Positions 25,701-40,211 of a stretch of 64,000 nucleotides of DNA are shown in pieces. The notes below the pieces were generated by a model. It did no database searches. It was given only the letters and a program-made list of their open reading frames with translations, and had not been told where the DNA came from. Source of the stretch: Azolla caroliniana (lineage: Eukaryota > Plantae > Polypodiophyta); the NCBI GenBank assembly GCA_043228905.1, contig JBHGNT010000012.1, positions 11,532,001-11,596,000 of the forward strand, given 5' to 3'. Both the position numbers and the translations under genes were made by a program. Position 1 is the first letter of the stretch, and each line of letters opens with the position of its first letter.

Positions 25701-28700
25701 TACCGAGCTCCCTAGAAACGGTCAATTAGATCATCAGTCCGGGGCAATAGATACGAATTCTTGATCATCACTTTATTCAAGCGTCGGTAATTAATACACA
25801 TACGCCATGTGCCCCTTTTCTTTTTAACCAAGAGAACTAGTGCACTCCATGGAGATTTACTATAACGTATATAACCCATTTGTAAATAGTCCTTGAGTTG
25901 CTTAGATACCTCATCCTTTTCGGATCGACTTAAGCAATAAGGAGGTATACTTATTGGTGCAACACCAGGTACAATATCTATACGATGGTCTATATTACAT
26001 TTAGGAGGTAACCCATCTAGTAGTTCACTCGAAAAAAGATCACGAAAATCATTTAAGATTTCATCAAGTTGTTGTTGTTCAAAATATGTTAATTGAACCG
26101 AGACATTATTGATATTGTAAACGTGAATGTCCGGATCCAATACACAATAAAATAGAGTAGAACAAGACAACTCAGATATTGATGGAGAGGAAACAATCGA
26201 GAGGGATTGTTTTTTTACACATGGAATAAAATGAGTACAATCGTTCAGTACAAAAGTTATTGAATGATGAACCCAATCAATAGATAAAGAAGAGTTTTTA
26301 TTATAGAACCAAGGATAACCCAATATTACATCAGTGGTACAAAGATTCATTACATGGAAGTCTACTTCCTCTATATAAGTATCAATAGAAATTCCTAATG
26401 AATGAATCGCCCCGTTGATGTATTGTACTCTTCCATCAGCCAAGTGCACCGTATAGGTGTGATCACTTACGGTGGGTTGGATTCCCCATATCTGAACCAA
26501 ACGATCATTCACAAAGTTGTGTGAACTTCCCGAATCAAACAAAAATTGTATGGGAGATCCATTGATATACCCGTTTGCACGTAGTAAATCATTGGGACCC
26601 AATACATAGTAAGGGAAAGAACATTGACAATTACGTAAATGATGTGTACAGACTAGAAGGACATTAGGAATCTGACCTTTATGGTCTGCAACTTTAGCTT
26701 TGCTGTCGTGCTCTTTCCGTTGGAGTTTTCGACATTGTTCTTTTGTATGACCCTTCTTTTTGCAGAATACGCAAAAAGGATGTTGTCGCTTACAATCGCG
26801 ATCCATGAATTCGTTGGGTGTCTTGCATTTCCCAACAAATTGTGACTGCTTAGTCCCGGGCACTTCGTTGGGTTTTTTGTGGTCCTTCGAAGTGCGTTGA
26901 TAGCGAAGAACTATTTCAACGGCCTCTTCAAAGGATTTTGGATCCTTATCGTGCACTATCCAGTGATAGTCCGAATTGGGGATGGCATTGACAAAACAAG
27001 CTATCAACCAATTGTCCCCTTCTAGACCCGAATTTTGGATTTGGGTTCTAGCCTGGTGAACATAATCTTCTAGCAAGGAAAATTTCCGACTAGAGAGGTT
27101 CATTAAAGCTTGTGCTGCCTCGGTTCGAGAGGGAGGTTGCAGAAATTGGCCCTTGAAAACTATGACAAAATATGTCCAGGTATTGGGCAATTTCACCAAA
27201 CGGTGGCCTTACCCCCTAGTTCTCGGCCAGCATATGCAATCTTCGTCCTATCTAGCATGGGATAGAGCTCAAAATGAGACTCCCATAGGCCCAGCCACGT
27301 GCAGATTGCTTCTCCGGTTCCTTCCCTTTTTGCTCTCGTAAATGGCTTAACGACAAACGATGGTTCACCCTGTCGCTCATCAAGTCTATTAGTCTCACGT
27401 TGTAAACTAATGAACACGTGGCTCGAGAGCACTTTGATATTACCGAAGTTCGGTCATCTGTTGAGCGGTGAAAATAAGGTATTGGGTTATTTGCGAAAAA
27501 TACATTTCAATGAACATTTGTCCAGGAGGATTTCCTTGAGTTCCTTCCGCTTGAGCGGATGACATCGGGTCATTATTTTGAGCCATTAAATGATTATTTC
27601 TGGCAAAGAAATAGGATAAGATCAAACAAATAGTCATAACATCATGTCGTGATGTAAACATATCATGGGTAAACATTAATCGATATCATGATGTCACATC
27701 AATACCCCTCTAGACGTATGAGATGAGGTTCAAGATCAGGTTACTATGGTAACACAAAGGTGTTTTAAAAACCATGGGGGTGACAAATTAATGTCTTTCC
27801 CTAATCTTTATATCGATTTTTTCATGGCGGCTCCCCAAGGCTCAACCATGTATGTTTGCGTCATGAGTAGTTTATACACGAAAAAAATGTTAACAGTAAA
27901 CTATGTTTCTGTGCCCATATATGTGGTTTCGGCTCTTTAAGTCCTATTACGAGGACCCCGCAGTGCACATAGAACTCAAGTCTAAACATGTGTTATAGTC
28001 ATATGTATCAACAATGTTGTATGGACTTTGCTTATATTTGAACTCGAGACCTCGAGAACAAATGCATTGAACACTTGAGCCAACCAAGTAGGTTGCTCTT
28101 CTTGAATGTTTAATGTTTCATGCGTATAACAGATATGCAAGGCATTTGCCCATATATGTTTTTTTAAAAGAAACATATATGTCAAGAGTCCTTATTTCCC
28201 CCTTGTTTACTACAAAATATGTTGGTACGTTACCTAACCTCAAGTCTCGTAATTATGATGGCATACGCCAAAGTGCAACCATGGTCAAGCCAAATGAGCC
28301 CTCTTTTCGTAGTAGGCCCACGTGGCCCATCACATGGTTACGTCATTACGAATGCCTTTCGTAAGAATGATCTCATGGTGGCATCGTATCCATGTAATGA
28401 GGGAGGGATGTTGGATATGTGTGTCATAGGAGCGACCTCACATGAAGTGGGTCAAGCCCTATGTTCTCAACATCATTGTGGCTATATGCATTTCTTTACG
28501 TAATAAAATCGAAGTCACCAACGGAGATGTCAACAATAAAAAATTGTTGAAAAAAGGGATGGTGACAACGCCATTCTCACAAAAATGTGAGGACAACCAC
28601 CAAGATCCTTTTCCCGACAAGGACAACATTCGATAGAAATCATGTAATATCAAATATACACGTATGTTTACTTATCACATATATACGATCAAATACGTAT

Positions 28701-29737
28701 ACGCGTGACCACATATGCGTACATTAAACAAATCGTTACATCAAATAGCCATAAATGATATAATCGAGATACGTAATCGAGGCATATACCTCTACGCAAA
28801 TGAAACATCCAAAAATAAGGGTTCATTGTAATACACAATTGAGGTATTGACCTGACCTCTTACGCATACAAGACCAAACACATATCATTTACAACGAAAT
28901 CGAGGTATTTACCTCATACGCATACGTAACATATGTATGTGAGCGTAATATGCAATTAAGGTATTAACCTCGTGCGCATACGACACTAATCACATATTCA
29001 ATATATGTCAAATGAGGTATTGACCTCATACACATATGTAAACGTTTTATACAACCAATTAATTACCACTACAACATCATTAAATTAATGAAAACAATTA
29101 CATATAGACTATACACATGATTAGATGGGAGAAGAAAAAATAGAAAAAAGAAGAAGGAAAGAGTTACCGAAGTTTGTTGATAGTTGTTTGGATCAAGGCC
29201 GACCGCACATCGATCGATCACCATCAATCAACAAGACAAAAGACAACAAAAGAAACATTAGAACATAGGCTTTGAAACCAACTATTAGAGATATGAACTA
29301 ATGTAAGCATAAAATAAGGATAAAAGATAGATCTAGATAGAAAGGAGAGAGAGAAAGAAGAGTGTCAATCCACTTGACCACCCCCGAGCGAAGGGATCGA
29401 GACAGACTCGAGCCTCGATCGGCGTCCCATACCACCGTTGTGGCGTCGAGTCGTACTTGGTGCTGGCGCGCTCGCTACAAGAGTTGATCCACCATGAAAC
29501 AGAGTCTTGACGTAGTCAACCAGATGATGAAATGAGGGTAGCTAGTCCTCTTATTTAGAGCGATACCCAAGGCCCCCAGGCAAGTTCACACTTGGCCTAA
29601 TGGGTTGTCTCAATCTCGAGGATTAAAAGTAATCCTCCCCTTCTTTACACTCTCGTTTAACCCTCACCCTTATCCACGTGGCTGGAATACTACGGTAAAT
29701 TCTCACCACGGGATATTATATGGTCATGCCCGTAACA
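22735..29737 (-). mobile_element. Full-length Ty3/Gypsy chromovirus D (decayed)
   Basis: LTRs 22735-23186 and 29283-29737. 5-bp TSD TCACC. PPT and degenerate Met PBS on the minus strand. Gag [14 protein letters not shown], protease [28 protein letters not shown], integrase WESISMDF, chromodomain PERILD...KIKW...DATWE. Removal restores C (FDESP|FLES). Confidence 0.95.
28779..29035. repeat. Five degenerate 56-62-bp repeats with a GAGGT-N4-ACCTC hairpin core in the 5' leader of D
   Basis: Cores at about 28779, 28841, 28902, 28958 and 29014, each followed by an ATACGCATA-like motif. Confidence 0.7.
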
Positions 29738-31979
29738 TCACCTTTTCTTGAATCCATGACACCAACACATAACATTGAAAATGATACTCGCGAAGGAGGC
29801 AAAAAATTAGAAGATGATGCTGCCACCGTTCGCCAATCTCATAATAACGTTGTCATTGATGTACGCCGCCCTCCAAATAGAGTCGGCGCCGCCTTCTGCC
29901 ACCCACACAATAGTGTTGCTGATGATGTTTGTTGCCCTCCAAATAGCGCCGCCACCACCGATGCCATCAACTTCTGCCGCCAAAAGAACATTGCGGTTGC
30001 TGACTATCGCCGCGTCCCAAACAACATCGCTATTGATGGTGCCTTTTGCCACCAACACAACAACATTGATGATGATAATCGTTGCCCTTCAAAGAGAACT
30101 CCCATTCGCCACCGACAAAAGAATGTTGATGTCGTTGTTATCACTGCCAGCAACCGATCAAAGAAAGCCGCCAATATCATCGCCGCCTCTCACTTTGATG
30201 AAGTCCCTGATGCTGTCGATCGTTATGTGGTAATCCCTGGCCCTTTTATTCACGCTGATCAGCCACTCCCTCCGATCTCTCCTACACATCGACCCCTTGC
30301 ATTTCCTCTTCCCCAAGAACTCCTCCCATTCGACTCCGCCTACATAAAAAACCAACATTTAAATTTAAAGTTAATAAAAATAAAAGTAAAATAAAAAATA
30401 CATCTTTAAATCTAACCAACCAACATAAAAGAACTACCCAACCTAAACTAACTAACTACATTCACCCACATCTTGATAGTGGTTTCACACCATCCAACTC
30501 TACACATTATGATGACCTCACAAACACATCCTCTACATCAACCTTGTCTTCACCACGCTTACATACATTCAACACTTTACCACTCTCTTTATCAAATTTC
30601 CCGAACTCTAATCAACATGCTCTTGAAAGCCCTCAAACCCATAAAATCATTCCACCATTTCATATTCAATCACCCGACATCACTAGTAATTTTTCAATCA
30701 ACTCAAAATCACAATCCTTGCAAGACTATCCAATTTCTCATATGATAATGACTCACCACCTCACCATACGCGCTCCTTGTCTGATATCTATAAGGAACTC
30801 AACCAATTCGAGGCACACTTTGTGGACCTCGATATGCACGCTCTCATAGTTGAAGAAGAACCGGATACCACAAATGAATTAATTATTACCATTCGAGAAG
30901 CCTTGCCTGGTGCCGATGGCCCTAAATGGAGAGCAACCATGGAAGGAGAGATGACAACCTTATTAAAGAACAAAACTTGGATCCTTGTTGATCCACCACC
31001 TGATCGAAAAATTGTTAGTTGTAATTGGGTTCTTCGGAAGAAGACCGATGCAACTAGAAATATTATATGTTTCAAAGCTCGTCTCGTAGCTTGTGATTTT
31101 TCGCAAATACCTAGAATCGACTTCAAAGATACATTTAGCCCTACATTGCAAAGTATCACATTTCGCATATTCGTCTCTCGCCGCCAAACTTGATTTGGAA
31201 CTCCATCACTTAGATGTTCAAATCGCTTTCCTTCATGGAGAACTCGAAGAAGAGATCTATATGCAACAACCACTGTAGTTTGAAGATTCGACTTGACCAA
31301 ATGTTGTATGTCGCCTACATCGATCCTTATACGGTCTACGACAATCTCCACGAGTTTGGTATCATCAACTTCATAATTTTCTAACTAACAATGGTTATAA
31401 AAAATTAGAGAATTAACCAAATGTATACATTAAAAGAGCTAAGAATAGTTTCATCATAATCGGTGTTTATGTCTACGACTTACCTCTACTTGCCAACTCA
31501 CTCGCGTATCTACAACTTGCGAAGAAGGAACTTCAACAAGATTTTCCAATAACTAAACTTGTTCCAATGAAGTATTTCCTTGGAATGAACCTACAAAGAG
31601 ATCGTGCCAAAGGAACCATTTCTTTTTCCCAAACTCAATACATTGAAAGTGTATTAAAACGTTTTGACATGCTACATTGCAAGCCTATCTCTACACCTAT
31701 GTCAACTCCATGCAAATTATCAATCGAAGATGCTCCTAGAACTATTAAAGAATAAGATGAAATGCTCAATGTTCCTTACAAACAAATTCTTGGATGTATA
31801 CTCTACCTTGTTAGTTGTACACATCGTGATTTATGTTTGACCGTTGGAATTCTTTCAAGATTTATGCAGGATCCCAAACCGAAACATTGGCGAGCTTTAA
31901 AACGACTACCATGTTAACTAAAACAAACAAAAGATATGGAGTTAACTTACTCTAGATCACAATCAGAGTCCGTCAACAT

Positions 31980-34900
31980 TGTAAACGTGAGTGTTTGCGG
32001 AAGCGTAAACCAGAGAACAACACACAGAGAGAGAGAGAGAGAGAGAGCAAAACGTAATTTCAAAATTATATCAAGACTCTACATACACACTGTGCTAAGT
32101 AGCACTATTTATACAAGTCCTCTTGGGACTGACAGAAGTACCATGTACTTCAATGCTCACACGAGCATCTGACACTTACTACGAGACTATAGATACCTAG
32201 GAGTCTTATCCTATTCTAGGCTTCCGATTGGACTGCCGGTTACAGATTGCACCCGGCCTCCACTGCTTGCCGGTTCGGTTGCTCACCGTCATACCAATCC
32301 GTTTCGCCCGATCCGTCTCGCTTACCGGCTCCGGCTTATTCAGCCGATCCGGCTCCAGTTGAGCTTGTCGCTCAACACTCCCCCTCAAGCTCAACCTGAG
32401 GTGGGGTCGTAGTGTCGACCTCTGTGGCAATCAGTTCGTTCAACCGACTCCTCCTGGCGTCACTCCGTCTTGCTCGCGCTCCTCGTCCGGTCCGGTCCCG
32501 TTTGCCGCGACCCCTTTGGTTCTGCGTGCCTTGACCCTCTCGGTTGGCATGTCTGCTCAATAGGCCCATCTCAGCACTCACGTTGCTGTGACTCCGGTGC
32601 TTGCCGATCCGTCGGTTCTCCCACGATGGCATCGACTTCCGCTGTGTCCGTGTCCCCTTGGTCTTCAGTCGATCCGACTCATTCGGATCCATCTGTTGAT
32701 CCGAGTCAGCTGTCTCCGACTCGTTCCAGCTCTTGTCCGAATCGGTACACTCCGATTCGACTTCCGGCTTCAGGCCTCTCACCACATCGGACCACTTCCG
32801 TGTCTTGGCCTTCTCCATGCTTCCCTCGGCTTCTTTAGCCGGTGAACCGAAATCGAATTCTTCATTCGATTCCGCATCATGGTCAGTACCTTCGTGATGA
32901 CCTCCGCACAGCATGCACTTCTCTTCCTGAGTGCACAACTCTTCTTCACAGCCGCTTGCTCTGACCTGTTCGGATGTGTCGACTTCCTTCGCCGACTCGG
33001 CTTCCTTTATCTTCTTGTCTCCTCTTCTTTCGGCTTTGCCTGTTTCGGTAGAGACTTTGTCCTTGCTTCTCCCCCTCAAGTGCGGCCCGTCGAGATGCTG
33101 AACACCAAGCATATCGGTAAAGTGATGCAACTTGTCCGATCCGAGCGGCTTGGTGAAGATGTCGGCAACTTGCCGATCCGTATGAACATACCGTAGGTCA
33201 ACTTCACCGCTCAGGACCCGCTCACGCACGAAGTGGTAGTGCACCTCGATGTGCTTTGTGCGAGCATGGAACACAGGGTTCCTGGCGAGCTACAAGCTGC
33301 TCATGTTATCGCAGTAAATCGGGATCGGGGTCGGCACCTCGATCCGCAAGTCTCGCAGCAGTCGCCGAAGCCAGATGGCTTCACAAGTGGCAACGGTAGC
33401 GGCCCGGTACTCAACCTCAGTGCTTGACAAAGCCACTATGGGCTGCTTCTTGCTGCTCCACGCAATGGCCGCGCTACCTATGGAGAACATGTATCAGATG
33501 CATCGCCGGCCCAGTCAGCATCTGTGTAACCGACAAGCTCTTCTGATATACCTCGCCGGTATAGCAGTCCCCGGTCCTCAGTGCCGCTGACATACCGTAA
33601 TATTCGTTGCGCGCACTAAAGGTGCTCCACGGTCGGCTTCTGCATGAACTGACTTACCATGCCGACCGGATAGCTGATGTCGGGTCGGGTGATGGTTAAG
33701 TATATCAGGCTTCCGACAATCTGTCGGAACCGTTGCTCATTGCAGGCCGGTCCGGAGTTGGGAAGAAGCTTCTGGTTCCGGTCCAGGGGTGTGGAGACAG
33801 GCCGGCAAGCCGTCATGCCGAACTTATACAGCATATTCAACACGTAATGTCGTTGTGAGAGCAATATGCCGTCGGGGGTCCGGATCACTTCGATCCCAAG
33901 AAAATAATGAAGGTCCCCCAGGTCCTTCATTTCGAATGCGTCCGACAACTGGGACTTGACGCAGTTGATTTCGGGAAGACCTGGTTCGGTGATGACTAAA
34001 TCATCCACATACAAGAGTATACATACCGGACCATCAGAGCCTTGCCGGATGAACAACGAAGAGTCTGACTTAGAGACAGCAAACCCCAGCTTACGCAACC
34101 GGTGCGTCATCTTCGCGTTCCAAGCTCGGGGGGCTTGCTTCAAGCCGTAAAGTGACTTCTTCAGTCGGCATACCGCCGATTTGTTCATCTCCGATTGAAA
34201 TCCGGGGCGCTGAGTCATAAAGACTTCTTCTTCAAGCTCTCCTTGAAGGAAGGCGTTCTTCACATCCATCTGGTGAAGATGCCACCCCCTTGCCGCAGCA
34301 ACCGCCAGTACCACACGAACCGTCGTCATCTTTGCCACAGGAGCGAAGGTCTCGTCGTAGTCGATTCCGTGGGTCTGCGCGTATCCCTTCGCCACTAACC
34401 GGGCTTTGTGCCGGTTAACAGAACCGTCGGCGTTGTACTTGACCTTGTACACCCACTTGCATCCGATCGGTTTACAGTGACGGGGAGGATCAACTAGGTC
34501 CCAATTTTGGTTGGCATCGAGTGCCCGCATTTCTTCGTCCATAGCGGCACGCCAATTTGCATCCTTTTGCTGCTTCTGCGTAGCTCTCCGGCTCGCGCAC
34601 TTCTGTCACCTTAGTCATGTACGCATAATGATGCGCCATGTATTCATTGTACCCGTACCGCACAACGGGATCCTTCTGACGGGTTGATCGGTGCAACGCA
34701 CCGTCACTTGATTTGAGGCCCTTCTTGGCCAGTTCGGTCTTCGTTGCCGAAGATCTGCCTTTCTCCTTTCCGGAGTCGGATACGCACCAATCCGACTCAT
34801 CGTTGCTGGTTTCGAATTCCAGCATCTTCCTCTTCCCCTTCTCTTCGCGCGTGAACCGTTTCCTCGGTTCCTTGCGCGGGGAGAGCACGGCAGAGTCTCC

Positions 34901-37851
34901 ACCACTTGCCGTCTCTTCATCTGACTGGTCCAACCGACTCAGTCGCTCGTTCGGTCCACTCAACCGCAACGATTCCGGACTCTCATCTTGAGTCCCGGCT
35001 TCATCATCCTCTTCCAAGGCTGATTCAGGCTCACTGGCCTGATCTTCCGGCATTCGGTCGGGATCGGAAGTCGGAGTCGGTACGGAGTACCAAGATGCCG
35101 ATTCATCGAACTCGACATCCCGGCTAACTCGGGCTTCCTTCGTCCGGGGGTTATAGCACTTATACCCCTTTTGCTCTTGGGCATAGCCGACTAGGATGCA
35201 TTTTTCCGATTTTGCATCCAGCTTCCTCCGCTTCTGATCCGGCACATGCACATACGCTAGGCTGCCAAATATCCGAAGGTGTCTTAAGTTCGGCTTGCGC
35301 CCGAAATACAGCTCATGAGCTGACACCTTGTCCCCAATGCGGTTTTGTATGTAGACGGCCGTCTGGACCGCCTCCGCCCAGTAGAACCGGGGCATGCTCT
35401 TCTCCTCCAGCATTGTCCTTGCCGCCTCGACGAGTGTCCGGTTCTTCCTTTCGGCCACACCGTTTTGCTCTGGTGTGTATCTGCAGCTAAACTCTCGCCG
35501 AATTCCCTTCTGCTGCAGATAACTAGTGAATTGGCCGGAAAAATATTCCTTTCCGCCATCCAACCGAAGGCATTTGATCTTCCTCTCCGATTCCCGTTCC
35601 ACCATCTTCTGGAGGCTCTGGAAACAATCGAAGACTTCACTCTTCCGCTCAATGAGGTAGATCCAAGTATGTCGAGTATAGTCGTCGATGAAGGAGACGA
35701 AGTACCAGCTCCCGCCAAGGCTTACACTTTGTGCCGGTCCCCACACATCCGAATGGATGAGATCGAGCTTGTTACGGCTCTAGTTCCGTTCGGTGGGGAA
35801 TGGAAGCCGGTGTTGCTTCCCAAGTTGGCAGGCTTCACAAATTTCGGCTCTCTGGCCGCTGAACTTTGGCAAACCGAAAACGACTTGTTTCGTTTGCAGG
35901 TCTTGAAGCCTCCGATAGTTGACGTGGCCTATCCGCTTGTGCCATAGGTCGATGTCCGACTCGACCTTCTGTCGTTTTGCGAACAGAGCGGTGCCAATGT
36001 CATTGGTTTTGAGGATAAACATCCTCCCGTCTCTGCGCCCTTGCGCAATGACTTCGTCCTCATCTTCAATGAAGCACCCGAGGTGCGTAAACCGCACCTG
36101 CATCCCTTGGTCGACAATCTGACCGACGGACACCAGGTTCTTCGTGATCGTCGGAACGTGTAATACGTTCATCAGCTTCCCTTTCTGTCCGACGTGGCTT
36201 TGAGGGACTTCTCCGACGTGCACGATTGGGTGTGGAGTGTCGTCTCCGGTTTCGACTACTCCTGGTTGATCCGGTTTCTCCAGAAAGGAGAACCACTCTT
36301 TGTGGCTCGTCATGTGGTTCGACGCGCCGGAATCAACATACCACACTTCCTCCATTTTGGAAGTGGTCTTCTTCATTGAGTTTGCCTTGTGATTCATCAC
36401 CAAGGCTGGCCCCTTACCGGCCTTTCCGGTTCTAGATCCTCCTGATCCGTTTGCGTAGTGCGAGTTTTGCCGGCCATCCTTACCGGTCTTGCCGTATCCG
36501 GATTTGTCCGAATCGGCACGCTTTCTCCAACACTCGCTTTCCCTGTGGCCTTTTTTGCCACAATACCAGCATTCCGTAGCGGATTTGTCTTGCCGGCCTC
36601 CGGCACCGCCTTGACTCCCCCTGCTTGTGGAAGTCCCAGAACTGCTGTCGGCACACTCATAGTGCCTCTGTTCCTGCTCTTGCCGGCCGCCTCCATTGCG
36701 TGCCAACCCACCTCTTCCACCACGCCCACAGTGCCGATCCGTTCCCGTGTACAGCATCCGGCTGTCCGGGGATGCACTGGTAGATGCACCGGCGTGGTTC
36801 TCCTCTACAAGGAGCATCGACTGTAAGTCGAAGAATGAGGGGGTATTCTCCCTTGTACACACCGCAGTCCGGAACGCTCCGAACTTGGACGCCAGGCCTC
36901 CGAGACATACCTGCACCATCTCGTCTTCTTCTACGGTAACATTGATAGAGGCAAGCGAGTCGCAGATCTCCTTTATCCGGCCTGTGTAGTCTGCCACAGA
37001 CATGTTCTTCTGTCGAACATTGCTCAACTCCTCTCTGAGTTGTAGCTTCCGGGCAGTGGTGCTTGCGGCGAAAACCTTTTTCAGGTTCCCCCAAGCATCC
37101 TTCGGTGTCTTGGCGTCACGGATGTGGCTAAGCAGCTGATCGCCGACACTGGACGCGAAGCAGTACATCACCCTGCGTGCCGCCTGTTCCCATACCGGGA
37201 AGTCCTTGTGTGCCGAGTCGGGTGTCGCATCATTCGCTCCTTCGACATAACTCCAGTACCCGTGTCCAAGCAGGTACTGGTGCATCTTGTAAGACCAGGA
37301 TGCATAGTTGCTCCTGTCGAGCTTCTCCACCGGGAGCGACGTAGCCATTCCTCTATCCATGTCTTCTACTGTGTCTGTTTTCGACCTGTTAGGGTTTTCT
37401 TCTCAAGAGTTAAATGACTGCAGCAGAGGTTCTCAACCCTTGCGCTCTGATACCATGTAAACGTGAGTGTTTGCGGAAGCGTAAACCAGAGAACAACACA
37501 GAGAGAGAGAGAGAGAGAGAGCAGAACGTAATTTCAAAATTATATCAAGACTCTACATACACAATGTCCTAAGTAGCACTATTTATACAAGTCCTCTTGG
37601 GACTGACAGAAGTACCATGTACTTCAATGCTCACACGAGCATCTGACACTTATTACGAGACTATAGATACCTAGTAGTCTTATCCTATTCTAGGTTTCCG
37701 ATTGGACTGCCGGTTACGGATTGCACCCGGCCTCCACTGCTTGCCGGTTCGGTTGCTCACCGTCATACCAATCCGTTTCGCCTGATCCATCTCGCTTACC
37801 GGCTCCGACTTATTCAGCCGATCCAGCTCCGGTTGAGCTTGCCGCTCAACA
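31980..37851 (-). mobile_element. Full-length Ty1/Copia E (B-related subfamily), 5872 bp, pol broken
   Basis: LTRs 31980-32377 and 37456-37851 (about 13 substitutions plus a GA indel). TSD AACAT. PBS TGGTATCAGAGC, PPT GAGGGGGAG. ORF pieces 37360-35780 (gag-PR), 35746-34490 (INT), 34542-33616 (RT), 33274-32372 (RNaseH end plus extension). Confidence 0.96.
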
Positions 37852-39693
37852 AACATGAATCTTGAAGGATGGACCAATCCATCACAATTGTCTGGTTGGA
37901 CAAATTCAGATTGGGGGGGAGATATTGATGGTCATAAGTCAACAAGTGGCTTTGTATATTGTCTCGCCGGAGCCATTATAGCATGGAGGTCTAAGAAGCA
38001 AACAACAGTCGCCCTATCTTCAACGGAAGTTGGATATGTAATTGATGCATTCACTATCTAAAGAAGGAATATGGATTCATTCTATACTTGAAGAACTTAA
38101 CTTGTTTAAGACTTCAAAGCTAATCCTTCATTGTGATAATCAATCATGTATAAAGTTAACTTGTAATCCGAAAATGAATGATAATATTCGACATGTCTCT
38201 TTCAAGCATCATTTTCTACGAGACTTAATCAAAGAGAAGAAGCTAGATTTGAAGTATGCGTCTACAACACTAATGTGGGTCGGTTTTCTAGCAAAGCCTC
38301 CTCAAACAAAGCATGTCAGTTGATGCAGAAAGATTGTTCTAACAATGCCAAACTATTCTTCGAACGACAATACTTTTGAATAAAATAATATTTATCTTAA
38401 GGGGGGGGGGGGTGTGGAAATATTTAACCTAAATATTACATTATTATTAATTAGAAATATTTAAGTAATTACGAAGAGTTTTTTATTATTAGACTTTAGA
38501 GAAAACTCTTCATTGAAGAGACATCACGTTTTGTCCATCGTCTCTACAAACAAGCCATTTGGCTAATGTAATACAATACAATAAATATAGAAGAATTTTG
38601 TGTATGTGTGATCTCTCTCTCTAGCAATCATTCACTATTTGTATAGTTGCCAAATTCCACAATCCGGCCTCCACTCGGCCGCATTATGGCTGCCACTGTC
38701 CAGCCAATCGCCGCCGCCCCTAAGCCGTTCTTCGACTATTGTCGGCTAGTCCCCAGCCAATTGTCGTTGTGTAGCAGTCGGCCACTACTATCTTGCCTCC
38801 ACTCGGCTACTGCTATTCGGCCTCCACTCGGTCGTTGTCTGGCCAATCGCCACCGCCACTTGGCCGCTATTTGGCCGCCACTCAATCGTTGTTTGAGCAT
38901 TGTCCAACCTTCGTTGTTTGGCCGTTGTTTTGGCCGCCGCTCTGTATCGTCTCCCGTTGTTCAGTAGCCGCTATTTGGCCATTGTTCCATTCTTTGTCCT
39001 TCTCTCTTCTTCTTCTTCTATTTGTTGTTGATGATGATATTTGTGGATGATGATGATGATACACAGGGAGTGGGGAAAAATCATTGAATAATCGAATTAA
39101 TATGGCAAATTCCCATTGGCTTGGATCAAAATCTATGGTTTAATACCAAAAGAAATTGCATATGAGTATGTATAAATATATAATGGGACTCGATTCTGCC
39201 TCTAAAGGTTTTGCACCATCAGACCTATCTGTATATTTGGGTAGCTTGAAATAAAAAAGGGTGAATTGGGAGGAGTAATTTCAGAGAACGGAAGATAGAG
39301 ATGAGTAGGGAGGCTACACATGTAGAAAGAGCTAAGAGAAGGTGGGGCCATTCCAATTAATTAGGTTAGTTATGGAGTAACTAGATTAGCGACTAGCAAT
39401 GTAGTCCTCATGGATTTGGATGTGCCGGATTACTCCATTTTATTTTATTTTAATTTTTCTTGATGATGTCGAGTATCTGCAGATGATCCTGAAATATCAA
39501 AGCAATCTAATAAGCTGAATTTAATCAAGATCCATTTAACAAGAAGCTTGGACCTTGAAGTTTAGAAAGTTTAGAATGACATAACATTCAAATTAAGTAA
39601 CAAAAGAATGATACTGAAACATAAACTGCATTGTCATGAAAAATGGATTTCAAAACAAAAAAGAGTTGCTTTAAATTTGTTTTAATCCCTCAA

Positions 39694-40211
39694 TGCCACT
39701 ATGGCAATGTCATAATGGCCATCAACGCCACGTTATTGTGATCAAGGCTCTTGTTGATGAGATGTACACGATATGCCGATTTTCGTGTGCAACCCCCTTT
39801 CTTGGTGGGTCGGCTGTAGGGTGTGTTGATTTTCTTGCCAAAAGAGGTCGGCCGCAGGGTGTGCCAAGTGTTGATGGATGGGGGGTGGAGCCAAGAAGAA
39901 CTCCACCCCACCTCCCAAGGGGAAGAGAGTGTGAGGGGAAGAGAGAGGGACACAATTATTGAGAGGCAAAAACTATTACTATGATTCATGTTCCCTATGG
40001 TGGGGTTATATAGGTGCATTACATAAGGATCACAATCCAAGAACATCCAATGAGGCTTGTAGGTTAGTTACATAACCTTCTAAGTACCTAGACCCACTTT
40101 ACAACATTGCACACATTCATATAAATGTGCATGTGTTTACACATATTAATATACTCATTCTTACTCATGTGCACATTTGCACATACCCCTACAACATGAC
40201 TTTTAATACCA
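39694..40211. repeat. Probable solo LTR, 518 bp
   Basis: TG...CA ends, flanks CTCAA / CTCCA (1 mismatch), partial second copy at 19281. Confidence 0.5.

Larger units (their letters stand above)
20578..38661 (+). mobile_element. Old AT-rich Ty1/Copia element C hosting D and E
   Basis: LTRs of about 248 bp at 20578-20825 and 38413-38661 (TGTGGAA...). PBS TGGTATCA at 20826. Poly-G PPT at 38399-38412. Degenerate integrase (LVHSDISGP, FIDD, FWEEA), RT (KARLVA, HLDVQIAFLHG), RNase H (SDWGGD, HCDNQS). TSD ambiguous. Confidence 0.9.
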
